A stretch of DNA of 42,152 bases. It comes from a virus (lineage: Duplodnaviria > Caudoviricetes). A program made the position numbers and the translations under genes. Below, piece after piece: positions 21,179 to 30,930 of this stretch (the first letter of the stretch is position 1; the number at the start of each line of letters is the position of its first letter). The stretch lies in IMG/VR virus record IMGVR_UViG_3300022666_000164, positions 1 through 42,152 of that record; one strand, 5' to 3'. The notes beneath the pieces are model-generated. The model did not search any database. It was given only the letters and a program-made list of their open reading frames with translations, and was not told the origin of the DNA.

Positions 21179-23629
21179 TCAACCGAAATTGGTGTAAAAC
21201 CAGTCGCATACCTGAGAGTTTGATGCGGCGGTGGTTGTACCAACCAGACCAACGCGCCCAGCGGTTGGGCACCAAGATATTGGGGTGCCAAAATTTGCTA
21301 TATTGTTACCGCTCCCGGTTTCATTAAAAGAGTAACCGTAAACCGCATAAGTCTCTGCCGAGTAATAGCAATACAGACGCATCACAACAAAACTCCCCTG
21401 CAACAGCACCGGTGCGGCTGTATTCGTGACTACCGCCCCACCGCCGGAACGGTAGGAGAACCGCAGGCGCTGACCACCGTCTGCGGCGGTGGCGTCCAGG
21501 TAGATTTCGACGTAGTTGTTATCCGTGCCATCATCGATCCGTAGGCCGAAACTCCCGTAATAAGTGGCCGCCAGCCGTCCATAGATAGCTTTGTTCTGCC
21601 AGGCCGCTGCGCTGTTGGTGATCGGGCAGCTCAAGAAGCAACGCGCCGCGCTGGAGTGCGCCCACTGCAAGTAGTCGGCGTATGCGTAACTCGCGAGAAC
21701 CGGCGTCGTGAACGGTGCGCCCTGCCAGGCGAACGCAGCCAGGCTGCCTTCGCCTGGGCCGGTGGTTTCGCCGGGGCGAAAATGCGCGGTCCAGGAGGTC
21801 AACCCGGTCGGATTGACGAACCGCGCCGCCAGCCCGCGCGCGTCAGCGTTGGGGAATATATCCCCGCCCGCCGCTTGGGTCACATCCCCGGTGTTACTGC
21901 CCGACGCGGTCCCGATGCCAATTTTGCGCAGGCGCAATTGACCGCTGGAGCCGGACTCGAGCAGGGTGCTGGGGTTAGTGTCGCCGTCATCGGTGCAGGT
22001 CAGGGCGTGGGTATGGTTGGCGATCCCGGAATTGTTGGTAGTGGTGGCTGTCAACGTATCCGCCCCCAGCGCCGTCGTTCCACTGGTAGGCACAGTAATG
22101 GAAGCGCCGCCCAGCGCAATCACTCCGCCACCGTCGATGGTGGTATTGTTACTCAAGGTGAGCAAGCCGCCACCGGTCACGTTGTTAGCCCCGCGCCCGG
22201 CCCGCGCGCCCACCCAGCGCAGCGTATCCAGGTTGAAAATCACGAACCGCTCGTTGTTTGGGGTGGGTCGCGAGACATCCATCACTGTAATGTCCGCGGT
22301 GTAACGTCCGTCGGCGGTGTAATGCCGCGCGATCCGGGTGACATAGAAATCAGCGTCCACGCTGGCGAACGGCGTGACGGCAAACGGCGCAGCTGCGGCT
22401 TTGTAGACGACCCGGACCACCTGCCCTACGCGCAAACTGACCGGCACGTTGACCGCGCCGGATAGGGAAAAGCTCTGGTAGGATGTTTTGTAGCGCAGCA
22501 AGCGCGCCTGCGCCGCGTAGTACAGCACATCAGCGGCCCGTTGCAGGTCGGTGGCGGCGTTACTCAAGGGACCGATCCACTGAAATTGTGGCGTATTTTC
22601 GCGGACGCCATAGGTTGCCCGTGAGGCCGTATCCTCAATGTAGAAGAGTGGGTCCTGAATCACAGCCACTCCAGCCGCGTAGCTGTTCACCAGTGGCACA
22701 TTGATGGTGATCGTGGTTCCGACCGCCGAGGAGACAATGGCGTATTCGTGACTGGCGGCCCAGTTGTTAGCCGTCCCGATCCAAACGGTCTTACCAGCCA
22801 CAAAACCGGTGGTGCTGGCAACTGTCAAGGTCTGCCCACCGGCGGAAGCCGGGGCGGTGGTGGTAGTCTGCGCGCCATTGTTGCCCCTGGCCGCCACAAC
22901 CTTGATCCCGGTGCAACTGCTGCTGGCGTCGCGCAGGTCAAACCCGCTTGCCCCGGCTGGAAACAGGCGATTTTCTACCTGCCCGGAAACCTCGGTAATC
23001 TCCAGGCGATCAAAATACGAGACATCCAACGGGGCGGCACTCAGCAGCGGCGCGCGTTGCACGTTAGTGAAGCGCCACACTGCCGCGCCGCCAAAAACGC
23101 CCCATTCTAACGTGCGTGGGGTACTGCCCTGCCGGAAGTGATCCCCCACCTGCTCGGCCAGGGTAGTAAGTGCCTGCAAAACCGTCTGCCCCTCAAATAC
23201 GATGGTGGTCGGCGTGACGGAAGGCGAGACACTGCCAGCCGTGAAAGTTGAGGAGGCCAACAGTGCGTTGATGATGCTGGCCGTGCTGACATTGTTGTAT
23301 TCGGCAGTCGGGCCGGTGGTGGGAAACAGCAACTCGCCGAGCAGGTCTTGTCCGCTCAAGGTGCGATTCATCTTGTTGTCGCTACCGCCGGTGAGCGCGC
23401 TCTGTTGCAAGCGTCCGTAGGCCGTCAGGCCGTCGGGACTGCGGAAGCGCACCAGGGACTCCGTCCCTACCAGGGCCAACGCGCGCTCGTCCGAGGCCGG
23501 GACTACCAGCGAGAGCGTGCCAGCGCGGTCAATCTCCTCCACGATCTCGGCGCTGATCACGTTGTACAACGGTCCCGGCCCGGTCAAAGCCAGGCTATTG
23601 TCTACTACATCAACGACCAGGCGACTCAT
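21179..23629 (-). CDS. Tail tip/hub protein with C-terminal receptor-binding-like beta domain
   Basis: Last gene of the tail module; T/S/G-rich; hub-like N-terminus (LTTLAEQVGDHFR). Confidence 0.75.
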   Translation of the reverse strand: MSRLVVDVVDNSLALTGPGPLYNVISAEIVEEIDRAGTLSLVVPASDERALALVGTESLVRFRSPDGLTAYGRLQQSALTGGSDNKMNRTLSGQDLLGELLFPTTGPTAEYNNVSTASIINALLASSTFTAGSVSPSVTPTTIVFEGQTVLQALTTLAEQVGDHFRQGSTPRTLEWGVFGGAAVWRFTNVQRAPLLSAAPLDVSYFDRLEITEVSGQVENRLFPAGASGFDLRDASSSCTGIKVVAARGNNGAQTTTTAPASAGGQTLTVASTTGFVAGKTVWIGTANNWAASHEYAIVSSAVGTTITINVPLVNSYAAGVAVIQDPLFYIEDTASRATYGVRENTPQFQWIGPLSNAATDLQRAADVLYYAAQARLLRYKTSYQSFSLSGAVNVPVSLRVGQVVRVVYKAAAAPFAVTPFASVDADFYVTRIARHYTADGRYTADITVMDVSRPTPNNERFVIFNLDTLRWVGARAGRGANNVTGGGLLTLSNNTTIDGGGVIALGGASITVPTSGTTALGADTLTATTTNNSGIANHTHALTCTDDGDTNPSTLLESGSSGQLRLRKIGIGTASGSNTGDVTQAAGGDIFPNADARGLAARFVNPTGLTSWTAHFRPGETTGPGEGSLAAFAWQGAPFTTPVLASYAYADYLQWAHSSAARCFLSCPITNSAAAWQNKAIYGRLAATYYGSFGLRIDDGTDNNYVEIYLDATAADGGQRLRFSYRSGGGAVVTNTAAPVLLQGSFVVMRLYCYYSAETYAVYGYSFNETGSGNNIANFGTPISWCPTAGRVGLVGTTTAASNSQVCDWFYTNFG

Positions 23630-24468
23630 AGCGTCCACCTTTCCACCCAGGCCAGCGTGACCTTCCAGGTCCCGTTAGCTTTATGCACACTTACCGTGAT
23701 GTTGTTTACACCCGGCACGAGGTCAAGCCAGGTGGTCTGGTGAGTCCCCAACGTCAGTTTGTCGTAGATGGGGTTAAACGTGCCCTCCAGCGCGCTATAG
23801 GTCTCGGTGTTCAACTCCAGGCCGTTGATGGTACCGACTGCGTCCGTGTAGGCGATGATTTGCGCGGTGCGGCCATTGCTGATGCTGGCATGGGTGATGC
23901 GGCGGTCACCCGTGATAGGCATCACGGTAATGACCACCGGCGCAATCAGGTTGCCGTTGTAGGTGATGTAGGCGCTGACGGTCGGGTGATCTACGTCTCC
24001 GGTGATTTCCTCGGTTCCGGCGGCGCCATACCACCAGGGTTGTGGCAGTTGAAATTGCATTTCTACCGGCAGGATGGTGTAGTTGCGCCCGTAGATCTCC
24101 GGCGCTTTGAAACTAATGCACTTGGCCGGAGTGTAGAAAGCGTGCGCCGTCCCGCCCCGGCGCGTGCCATAGAGGTATAACGGCGTGAGCGGATCATAGA
24201 TGGTGCGGTAATCGCTGATGGTATATGCCTGCGCGTTCAGCAATTCCGTCTCTACCGCCGCGTAACTCGCGCCGCTCAAGGTGAATTTCTTCACGTAGAT
24301 CACGGGGGCCAGCGGGTAGCGGTTGAGGCCGTAGTAGTCATACGCACCATCTGCCCCGCCCATCTGTTGGATTACGGCGGGCCGACTTACCACCACCTCA
24401 TCGCTGGCCTGTAAGGTCGGAAAAACGTAACGATAGGAAGCCGAAAAACCATAAGCTGATGCAATCAT
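23626..24468 (-). CDS. Distal tail protein (Dit-like)
   Basis: Follows the tape measure; QFQLPQPWWY, YNGNLIAPV, WLDLVPGVNNITV. Confidence 0.75.
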   Translation of the reverse strand: MIASAYGFSASYRYVFPTLQASDEVVVSRPAVIQQMGGADGAYDYYGLNRYPLAPVIYVKKFTLSGASYAAVETELLNAQAYTISDYRTIYDPLTPLYLYGTRRGGTAHAFYTPAKCISFKAPEIYGRNYTILPVEMQFQLPQPWWYGAAGTEEITGDVDHPTVSAYITYNGNLIAPVVITVMPITGDRRITHASISNGRTAQIIAYTDAVGTINGLELNTETYSALEGTFNPIYDKLTLGTHQTTWLDLVPGVNNITVSVHKANGTWKVTLAWVERWTL

Positions 24469-24469
24469 G

Positions 24470-25744
24470 TTAACCTGCCCTGATTCCGGCGGCGGCTGCG
24501 CCGCGTAGATACTCCATGAAAGCGTTACCCGCCAAGCGTCCCTCGGCGGCAGAATTGGCATTGATGATGACCGTGCCGATACTGGTCGCCCCGGCGTGCC
24601 CCTCATCGTTGGTCGGCAGCAAGCCGATGGGGGCCAGCGTAGGCAGCCCGATCTTGGCGGCGATCTCGTTGTAGATGCCGATCACGTAATTCACGTAGCC
24701 CAGAATGTCATTGATGCGCTCCTTCAGCCCTTCCACAATCCCGGCAAACACGGTGGCGATAGTGTTGCGCAAGCCGACGAAGGCCGTCTTGATCCCGGCC
24801 ACCACGGTATCAACGATGGTCTTTAGACTGTTGAAATTGGCCTTCCAGGTATTCAGCGAGGTGGTGATGTAGTTGGTCATGCGCAGGATTTCGGCCAGGA
24901 TAATCGCCACGATCTGTAAAACCGTGGTCTTCAGGCTGTCCCACCAGGACTTGAGCGCTGCAATCGGGCCGCCCATTTCGTTGATCTTGACGATCCAGCC
25001 CTGAATAGCCGGGATAGCCTGCCGGCTCACCCAGTCGGCAACTTTCGCCACGGCGTTAGCCAGGTCTTGAGCCAGTAGCTCTACAAATTTCTGTGTTGCT
25101 GGGTCCTCCAAGAAGGCTAAAAACTTTTCCAGCAGTGGCAGCAAAGCCTTGCCCAGCGCGCGCAGGACGATGTTCTTGAGTTCCTCCCACCGCTTGCCGA
25201 TCCGGTCCAACACCTGCCCGAAGCGACTGGTAGCCGCGCCGCTGCGGTCCATAGCGTCCTCTACCTCGTCGGCGGTCTCGGTAGCAGTAGATGCAACCTC
25301 GGTAGCTTTCTGCCCGGCAGCCATGACGTAGCCCGCCCCTACCTCGCCCCAGGCCCCCATCAAACCGCCTACTTGCTTGGTGGCCTCGGCGGCCCCGGCA
25401 GCCGCCGCGCGGGCCGATTGTCCGACTCCGGCGGCGGATTTGCCGGTCTCCTCCATAGCGCCCCGGATGCTTTTAAACAGGCGCGGCAGGCCCACGACCG
25501 CGCCCGCCGCTAATGCCCCCAACCCCAGCGCCAGCCCCTTGAGCGCGCTCCCTAACCCGCGCGCAATCCCGCCCAGGCCGGACAGGCTACCGCCCAGGCC
25601 GGCGACTTTGCCGCTGGCCTGGGAGGCATCGCGCCCGGTCTTTTCAATGGCATGGTCTAACTGCGTGACCTCGCCTTCTGCTTTATTGAGTCCCGCCGTG
25701 TTAGCGTAGGTGTCTAACTGATAGATGTCTCGGATTGTCGCCAT
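24470..25744 (-). CDS. Short tape measure protein
   Basis: Ala/Gly-rich helical sequence with periodic W/F; follows the chaperone. Confidence 0.85.
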   Translation of the reverse strand: MATIRDIYQLDTYANTAGLNKAEGEVTQLDHAIEKTGRDASQASGKVAGLGGSLSGLGGIARGLGSALKGLALGLGALAAGAVVGLPRLFKSIRGAMEETGKSAAGVGQSARAAAAGAAEATKQVGGLMGAWGEVGAGYVMAAGQKATEVASTATETADEVEDAMDRSGAATSRFGQVLDRIGKRWEELKNIVLRALGKALLPLLEKFLAFLEDPATQKFVELLAQDLANAVAKVADWVSRQAIPAIQGWIVKINEMGGPIAALKSWWDSLKTTVLQIVAIILAEILRMTNYITTSLNTWKANFNSLKTIVDTVVAGIKTAFVGLRNTIATVFAGIVEGLKERINDILGYVNYVIGIYNEIAAKIGLPTLAPIGLLPTNDEGHAGATSIGTVIINANSAAEGRLAGNAFMEYLRGAAAAGIRAG

Positions 25745-26345
25745 TTTTCCGCCTCGGCCTCGTTATATAGTCCCGCGATGGTCAGAAACTCCAGCAGTTT
25801 GTACCTGACTGGGCGTCCATTGCCAGCATCATACCCCAGATCAACGTAACTGGCCGCGCCGTCATGCACCAAGTGCCACTCAGAGACCGCCAGCACCGCC
25901 CGTTGCAGCAGCAGCCACTCGGCGGTGCTATGCAAGCCACGTTCTGGCGTGCGCCCATAGAGTACCGCGCCCCGGATTACGCTGCGGAGCGCGGCGTGGT
26001 AGGGTTTCCCGGCTCCAGTTCGTTTAATTCGGCGGCTTCCCTGGCTTCTAACTCGGCGATCCGCGCCAGTAGGACGGCGACATGGCGGGCCGGTAACCGC
26101 TTGATGTCCACCGGCTTCAGATGCGGTGCCAACCGCGCGCATAACCGCTGGAAGTTCTGCTCGGCGGTGCGCGGGATAACCGTCAGCTCGTCCACCTCGC
26201 TCAAGTCGCCGATCTCGGACAGGTTGACCAACGCGCGCCCATTGAGTACAAACTGATACCCGGCGTCATTGATGCGCTGCTGCTCCAACCAGTCTAACCG
26301 GTCGCGCAGGACGTAGACCACGTCGTCTATTTGCACCTCGTTCAT
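25714..26345 (-). CDS. Tail assembly chaperone G (26345-25977) with -1 frameshift extension GT (to 25714)
   Basis: In-frame slippery G GGA AAC at 26010-26004; the -1 frame stays open as PYHAALRSVIRG... and overlaps the tape measure start. Confidence 0.8.
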
Positions 26346-27355
26346 AGTGTCGCCTCGCCATTTTTCAGCCACAAGTTGAAACTGTGGCCGGTGACGGTAT
26401 CCAGAACCGCTTTGCCGGTCAGGGAAATAGTCTGCTTGGCGCTGCTGCCGGTCAGGTTGGGCAGTTTGGCCGGGTCCAGGAATAGGGCCGGGATGATGAT
26501 GTGCGCCTCGTTGTTGCCCGCCACCAGGTTCCACGTGAACGCCAGCGGCGTCCCGGCACGCGCCGCCGAGTACAAGACCGTGCTGTAATCGGTCCACGAT
26601 AGCTCCAGGTCCACCGTGATGTCGCGGTCCTGCGCCGGAATTTCCTGCCGGGTCGGATCGGCGGCCAGGCCGTAGCCGTCCGCGTCGGCGTTCAACTCAA
26701 TGCTGACCTTGACATTGAGCGCCTTGGCGTAGGCCGTCCCGCCGGTCACGCTGATGATCTTGTCAGCGATGGCCGGTGTCCCGCCGATGGTGATTCCGGC
26801 GTCGTAGAACATGAACGGACGCGCGCGGGTAGCATAGAGTGCGCCGGGATTGGCGACCAAGGCCGGCGAGGCACCACTGTTGTAATCCCACGTCCCGCCC
26901 GCTAAGGCCTCGTCCTTGCCCAGCAGGGAGAACTCCAGCCCCACCGACTCTTTGACCGTGCCGGTGAACGTCACACTGGTCGTGACACAGGAGAGGAAAT
27001 TTTGCCCCAACGTTGCCGAGTACTGCTGCTGCACAGAGATGCCCAGCGGGTTAGTGGTGTCGTCAAACAAAAACGTGTGCGTATAGGGACCGCTACCGGA
27101 AGTAGTCACGTCCCGTAGGAACGTCTTGAACCAGGATCCGATGTTGGCTGTCGGGAACGGTAGTTTGACCGTCCCGCCAACCGGCTTGGCCCCCAGCACC
27201 CGGTAGTACAGACTGCGACAACTGCCCGACAGGCGCAGGTCTATCGCCTCGCGCTCGGCCTGGAGCGTAGATTCCTCAATCGGCAGCGCCTTGGTTGGCG
27301 TTACCCAGGTCCCGAAGACGGTCTCCGGTGAATACAAGAAATGGTTACAACCCAT
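26342..27355 (-). CDS. Tail tube (major tail) protein
   Basis: ETVFGTWVTP, GPYTHTF, RDITVDLEL; lies before the chaperone. Confidence 0.8.
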   Translation of the reverse strand: MGCNHFLYSPETVFGTWVTPTKALPIEESTLQAEREAIDLRLSGSCRSLYYRVLGAKPVGGTVKLPFPTANIGSWFKTFLRDVTTSGSGPYTHTFLFDDTTNPLGISVQQQYSATLGQNFLSCVTTSVTFTGTVKESVGLEFSLLGKDEALAGGTWDYNSGASPALVANPGALYATRARPFMFYDAGITIGGTPAIADKIISVTGGTAYAKALNVKVSIELNADADGYGLAADPTRQEIPAQDRDITVDLELSWTDYSTVLYSAARAGTPLAFTWNLVAGNNEAHIIIPALFLDPAKLPNLTGSSAKQTISLTGKAVLDTVTGHSFNLWLKNGEATL

Positions 27356-27357
27356 GC

Positions 27358-27882
27358 TTAAACCTCTCTTTCAGTTTCCACCATGAAGCGCATGGTGGCG
27401 GTCATGGCCCAGTTATTGGACCGGTCGGCCTCCAGCAGGCCGTAGTTGATCTCTTCCCCCGCCGAGAACCGCAATACGGTCTCGTCTGCCGTGCTTAACC
27501 CGGCCAGGTCGTGATTGGCGCAGCGTTGCAGTTCCAGCAGCGCCGCCCAAACCAACTCATCAATCATGTCGTAGGACGCCACATGGGCGATCCGCCCGCC
27601 GCGCCGCTGGAACAGGTCGGCATCGGCCCCGTTGGTCAACAGGACCGAAAACACCAGAGCGCCCTCGTAGGTCTGGTGGTAGTAGTTGCCGGTCAATTCC
27701 AGCACCGAGGTCTCGCGCAAAATGTAGCACTCGCACAGCGGATAGAGTTCCTGTGGGATGGCAATATCGGGCAAGACGCCCCTGGTGAACATTTTGACGC
27801 GATAGAGTTCCGGCACGGCAGCCAGCGCCGCGAGCAGGTAATCTTCTATCTGGCGCTTGAAGTGCGCGGTCGGCATGGTCAT
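27358..27882 (-). CDS. Putative tail terminator/completion protein
   Basis: Synteny and size. Confidence 0.6.
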   Translation of the reverse strand: MTMPTAHFKRQIEDYLLAALAAVPELYRVKMFTRGVLPDIAIPQELYPLCECYILRETSVLELTGNYYHQTYEGALVFSVLLTNGADADLFQRRGGRIAHVASYDMIDELVWAALLELQRCANHDLAGLSTADETVLRFSAGEEINYGLLEADRSNNWAMTATMRFMVETEREV

Positions 27883-28349
27883 GGCGTCCCTCCGTGGAAT
27901 TTTAAGATGTGGTCCTTGATCATCAAACGCAGCAAACTGTAATCCTCGTCCGTCAGTTGAAACACCTTGCGGGCAGGCATCTTGCGCGTGCCGGTTTGAT
28001 GGTAAATCCAGTACGGCTGCCGGTTATCCACCGTCAACCGCGTCGCCGTATTGCGGAACGTATAGCCGCGTTGCATTGCGCCCGTGCGCACCAGGATCGA
28101 GCGGCCTGGATAGTGCTGATCCTTCCAGCGCTTGTAGCGCGGCGAGAGCGGCGCGAACTCGATCGGTGCGCCCTGCGCGTTGATCTGGCCGGGCGCGTAG
28201 ACCTCGGTAAGGTAGATACCCCACAGCCGCAGCGGCTCGTAAAAATTGCGCATACTGGCATAGCGCAAATCCAACAAGCGCTTGAAGTGGCCCACATCGC
28301 CGCGCGCCACGATCATCTGCCCGACCTGGCGGGTCAGTTCCAGCGGCAT
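27879..28349 (-). CDS. Phage virion morphogenesis (Mu gpG/P2 S-like) protein
   Basis: APLSPRY...ILVRTGAM...YHQTGTRKMPARK. Confidence 0.85.
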   Translation of the reverse strand: MPLELTRQVGQMIVARGDVGHFKRLLDLRYASMRNFYEPLRLWGIYLTEVYAPGQINAQGAPIEFAPLSPRYKRWKDQHYPGRSILVRTGAMQRGYTFRNTATRLTVDNRQPYWIYHQTGTRKMPARKVFQLTDEDYSLLRLMIKDHILKFHGGTP

Positions 28350-28350
28350 G

Positions 28351-28779
28351 TCATTCCTCCAGGTTGTCCGTGCCGTGCCCCCAGTAGGGATCGCGCGGTA
28401 TAAGCGGGACTATCCGGCAGGCCGGGTCCAGGTCGCTGACCGGCAGCAGGCCGGGCAGTTGTTGCTCGCCTTTGCGCAAGCGATTCAGAAAGTCGTTGTA
28501 TTGCGTGCACCAGTATTCCGCCCTGGCCGGGGCGGTGTCCGAGACGTAGCCAGCGTGCCAGAGAGCACAAGCCGCGCCGTACATGTTCTCACGGCGCATA
28601 ACTCCGATGGCTGCCGTGCTCGTGATTGGCACGGTATACCCCGCCGCTTGCGCTACGCCATCCAACTCCGCCGCCACATCCTCTATGATGTCGGCGGCCT
28701 GGTAGCGGTTGGGCCGCGAGTTAAGCGAAAACTTCAACTGCATCAGCGTTTCCACATCGGCAATCTCACAGTAGGCCAT
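28351..28779 (-). CDS. Head-tail adaptor (Mu gp36-like)
   Basis: MAYCEIADV...ELDGVAQAAGYTVPI...FLNRLRKG. Confidence 0.75.
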   Translation of the reverse strand: MAYCEIADVETLMQLKFSLNSRPNRYQAADIIEDVAAELDGVAQAAGYTVPITSTAAIGVMRRENMYGAACALWHAGYVSDTAPARAEYWCTQYNDFLNRLRKGEQQLPGLLPVSDLDPACRIVPLIPRDPYWGHGTDNLEE

Positions 28780-28780
28780 C

Positions 28781-29092
28781 TCACTCCTCGCCCTGGATGA
28801 TGAAAAATGGCTCGTAGACCTGCCCGCCTTCGCTAAACCTGACCTCCACGCGGTACTGCTCACCGGCCACCAGGTTGCTGATATACGGCAGCGCGATAGT
28901 GGTGGCGTCAATCAGGTGCGCCTTCCCGGTCATTTTGGTCTCGGTCACGTCCGTTCCAGCGGTAGTGTAGATGCGTGCGCTGATATTGGTGGGCCAGGAG
29001 GCCCATTGGCCGATGTCCAGGAAGTAACGGATGCGCTCGTCTTTGCCCTGCACCTGCGGCCCTTCTATGACTTCCCGTGGTCGCTGCGGCAT
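28781..29092 (-). CDS. Putative virion structural protein
   Basis: Beta-rich, within the late operon. Confidence 0.65.
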   Translation of the reverse strand: MPQRPREVIEGPQVQGKDERIRYFLDIGQWASWPTNISARIYTTAGTDVTETKMTGKAHLIDATTIALPYISNLVAGEQYRVEVRFSEGGQVYEPFFIIQGEE

Positions 29093-29461
29093 TTACCACC
29101 TCCCCAAAGTCAACTTCCATATGACGCGCTCAAACTCGGTGAGGGCGTCCGCACAGGATACCCGTTCGTTGACCTCCCAGCCATTTTGCCAGGCTTGCGC
29201 GCTGTCATCAACTGCCAGGCCGTCGCGGATTACCTTGGTTTCATGGAGTGCCTGGGATTCGTTACCCGCGATGGTGTCATGTAGCGGTATCCCGACTACC
29301 AGGCCGTCGTGTAGCACTCCTATATCACTGAACGGCAGACCTACCGTCCAGGGATAGGACTCGCTGTGTGCCAGGCCGTCGCGGATTACCTTGGTTTCAT
29401 GGAGTACCTGGGATTCGCTACCCGCGATGGTGTCGGTAAAGGTCCAAGATTCGTCAGGCAT
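29093..29461 (-). CDS. Protein with internal 26/52-aa repeats
   Basis: DTIAG(S/N)ESQ(V/A)LHETKVIRDGLA occurs twice; 66-bp repeat at 29213 and 29369. Confidence 0.7.
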   Translation of the reverse strand: MPDESWTFTDTIAGSESQVLHETKVIRDGLAHSESYPWTVGLPFSDIGVLHDGLVVGIPLHDTIAGNESQALHETKVIRDGLAVDDSAQAWQNGWEVNERVSCADALTEFERVIWKLTLGRW

Positions 29462-29469
29462 GGTTCACC

Positions 29470-29898
29470 TCACGAAACTGTGACAGTCCAGGTCACATGC
29501 AGGCTGTCGTCCCCACCCAGGCTGGTCGGGCCGATGTAGACCCGCGCGAACAAGGTTTGAACGCTGGGGCCGTAGTAAGCCAACAGCAGGCTGTAGTAGG
29601 TCGGCTGTGGCGCGCTGTAGGGTCCCAGGTCGGCTTCCACGGTGATCTCGTTGTCGCTCACGGTTGCCGTGCCTTCTCCGCCGATACTGGGATTGGCATT
29701 GGCCCAGGTATCGCCAGGGTTCGGGGCGGTCTGTTTCTCACTGAGAAAAATCGCGTTGAGCGGCAAAGCCTCGCCGTCCAGCAAGCGGGCGACGAAGTTC
29801 AACCCCTCGTTGACAATCAAGTTGCGGTATTCCCGGACGGCGAGTAATTCGCCGTCCGGGCCATAGTGTTTGACCTGTACGCGCCCGGTAATGTTCAT
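29470..29898 (-). CDS. Fibre/collar-like structural protein (paralog 2)
   Basis: NLIVNEGLNFVARLL...DSLHVTWTV. Confidence 0.7.
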   Translation of the reverse strand: MNITGRVQVKHYGPDGELLAVREYRNLIVNEGLNFVARLLDGEALPLNAIFLSEKQTAPNPGDTWANANPSIGGEGTATVSDNEITVEADLGPYSAPQPTYYSLLLAYYGPSVQTLFARVYIGPTSLGGDDSLHVTWTVTVS

Positions 29899-29908
29899 GG
29901 CGCGCTCC

Positions 29909-30352
29909 TTATACGCTATTGGTCAGTTCCAGCGTCCAGGTGATGGTGAGCGTGTCACTGGCCCCCTTGGCGAAAGCGCCATGAATCATCCGGGCCAGCA
30001 AGGTCCCGCCGGAAGCGGCATTGAAAATCCCGGCCTCCTGGACCGTGCCCGTGCCGACGCCAGGGCCGAACGTCCCTACCCAGGTAATAACATTGTCGGT
30101 GACGGTGGCGCTGGTGAAAGCCACGCGCACCAGTTCGCTGCCCAAAGCTTCATCAGTGGGGTCGGGCGGCGTGTTGTCGGAACCGATCGCCATGCGTGAG
30201 GGAGCCGCACCGCTACCGGAGAGCAGGGCGGCAACCAGATTCAGGCCGTCATCTACCACCAGGTTGTGATCGGTCTCGCGCAGCAGCAACCGACCCGCGC
30301 TGTCGCGCAGTTCGTGCGTCACTGTACCTTGCAAGCGCATTCGTTCGTGCAT
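29909..30352 (-). CDS. Fibre/collar-like structural protein (paralog 1)
   Basis: NLVVDDGLN, MAIGS, EAGIFNAASGGTLLAR, DTLTITWT. Confidence 0.75.
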   Translation of the reverse strand: MHERMRLQGTVTHELRDSAGRLLLRETDHNLVVDDGLNLVAALLSGSGAAPSRMAIGSDNTPPDPTDEALGSELVRVAFTSATVTDNVITWVGTFGPGVGTGTVQEAGIFNAASGGTLLARMIHGAFAKGASDTLTITWTLELTNSV

Positions 30353-30360
30353 GTCTCACC

Positions 30361-30930
30361 TCACTGCGCGTCTTGCGCCAGGATGGCGATGGTCGGAGTG
30401 AACGTCTGGGTATACCCGGACGACGGCGTAATCACCAGCCGCATACAGCGCCCCTTGATGCGGAACTCGCGGCCCTCGTTGGCGTCACCGGTCAGGTTGA
30501 GCAGTTGGGTGAACGCCGTGCGATAGGGCACGGTGGCGATGGTCGTGGTTAGAGTCTCGGTAAACGCGCCGATAGTATGGCCGCTGACGGCAGCGTAATC
30601 CAGCGTATCCTCGCCGTCATACCAGACCAGGCCACTGGCCGAGCACGGCCCGGAGGTAGGGATGGCGTATTGCGCCGTGATGGCAAACGTGGTTGTGAGA
30701 CTGTGGGCATCAATCCCCACCCCGATCAAAGCCGTCCCGTAGCCATCTACGTTGATGGCGGCGGTGGTATGGCTACCGTAGTAGGGCGTAGTACCACCTT
30801 CCACGCTGTAGGTCTGGTAGTTGGTGACGGCGGCGGCCCGCGCCGGGCTTTCGCCGTGCAGCAGTACCCCCGCCAGCGCCAACGCCAGCAAAGCCAGATT
30901 AACCGGAAGCGCTAAACGCCAGGTTTTCAT
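30361..30930 (-). CDS. Signal-peptide-bearing protein coupled to the capsid gene
   Basis: MKTWR, hydrophobic core, then ARA/AAA; TAATG overlap with the capsid stop. Confidence 0.7.
   Translation of the reverse strand: MKTWRLALPVNLALLALALAGVLLHGESPARAAAVTNYQTYSVEGGTTPYYGSHTTAAINVDGYGTALIGVGIDAHSLTTTFAITAQYAIPTSGPCSASGLVWYDGEDTLDYAAVSGHTIGAFTETLTTTIATVPYRTAFTQLLNLTGDANEGREFRIKGRCMRLVITPSSGYTQTFTPTIAILAQDAQ

Noticed and set aside
29213-29434. DGR template/variable repeat pair
   Set aside because: Only two mismatches, not adenine-specific, both in frame in one gene; no reverse transcriptase present.
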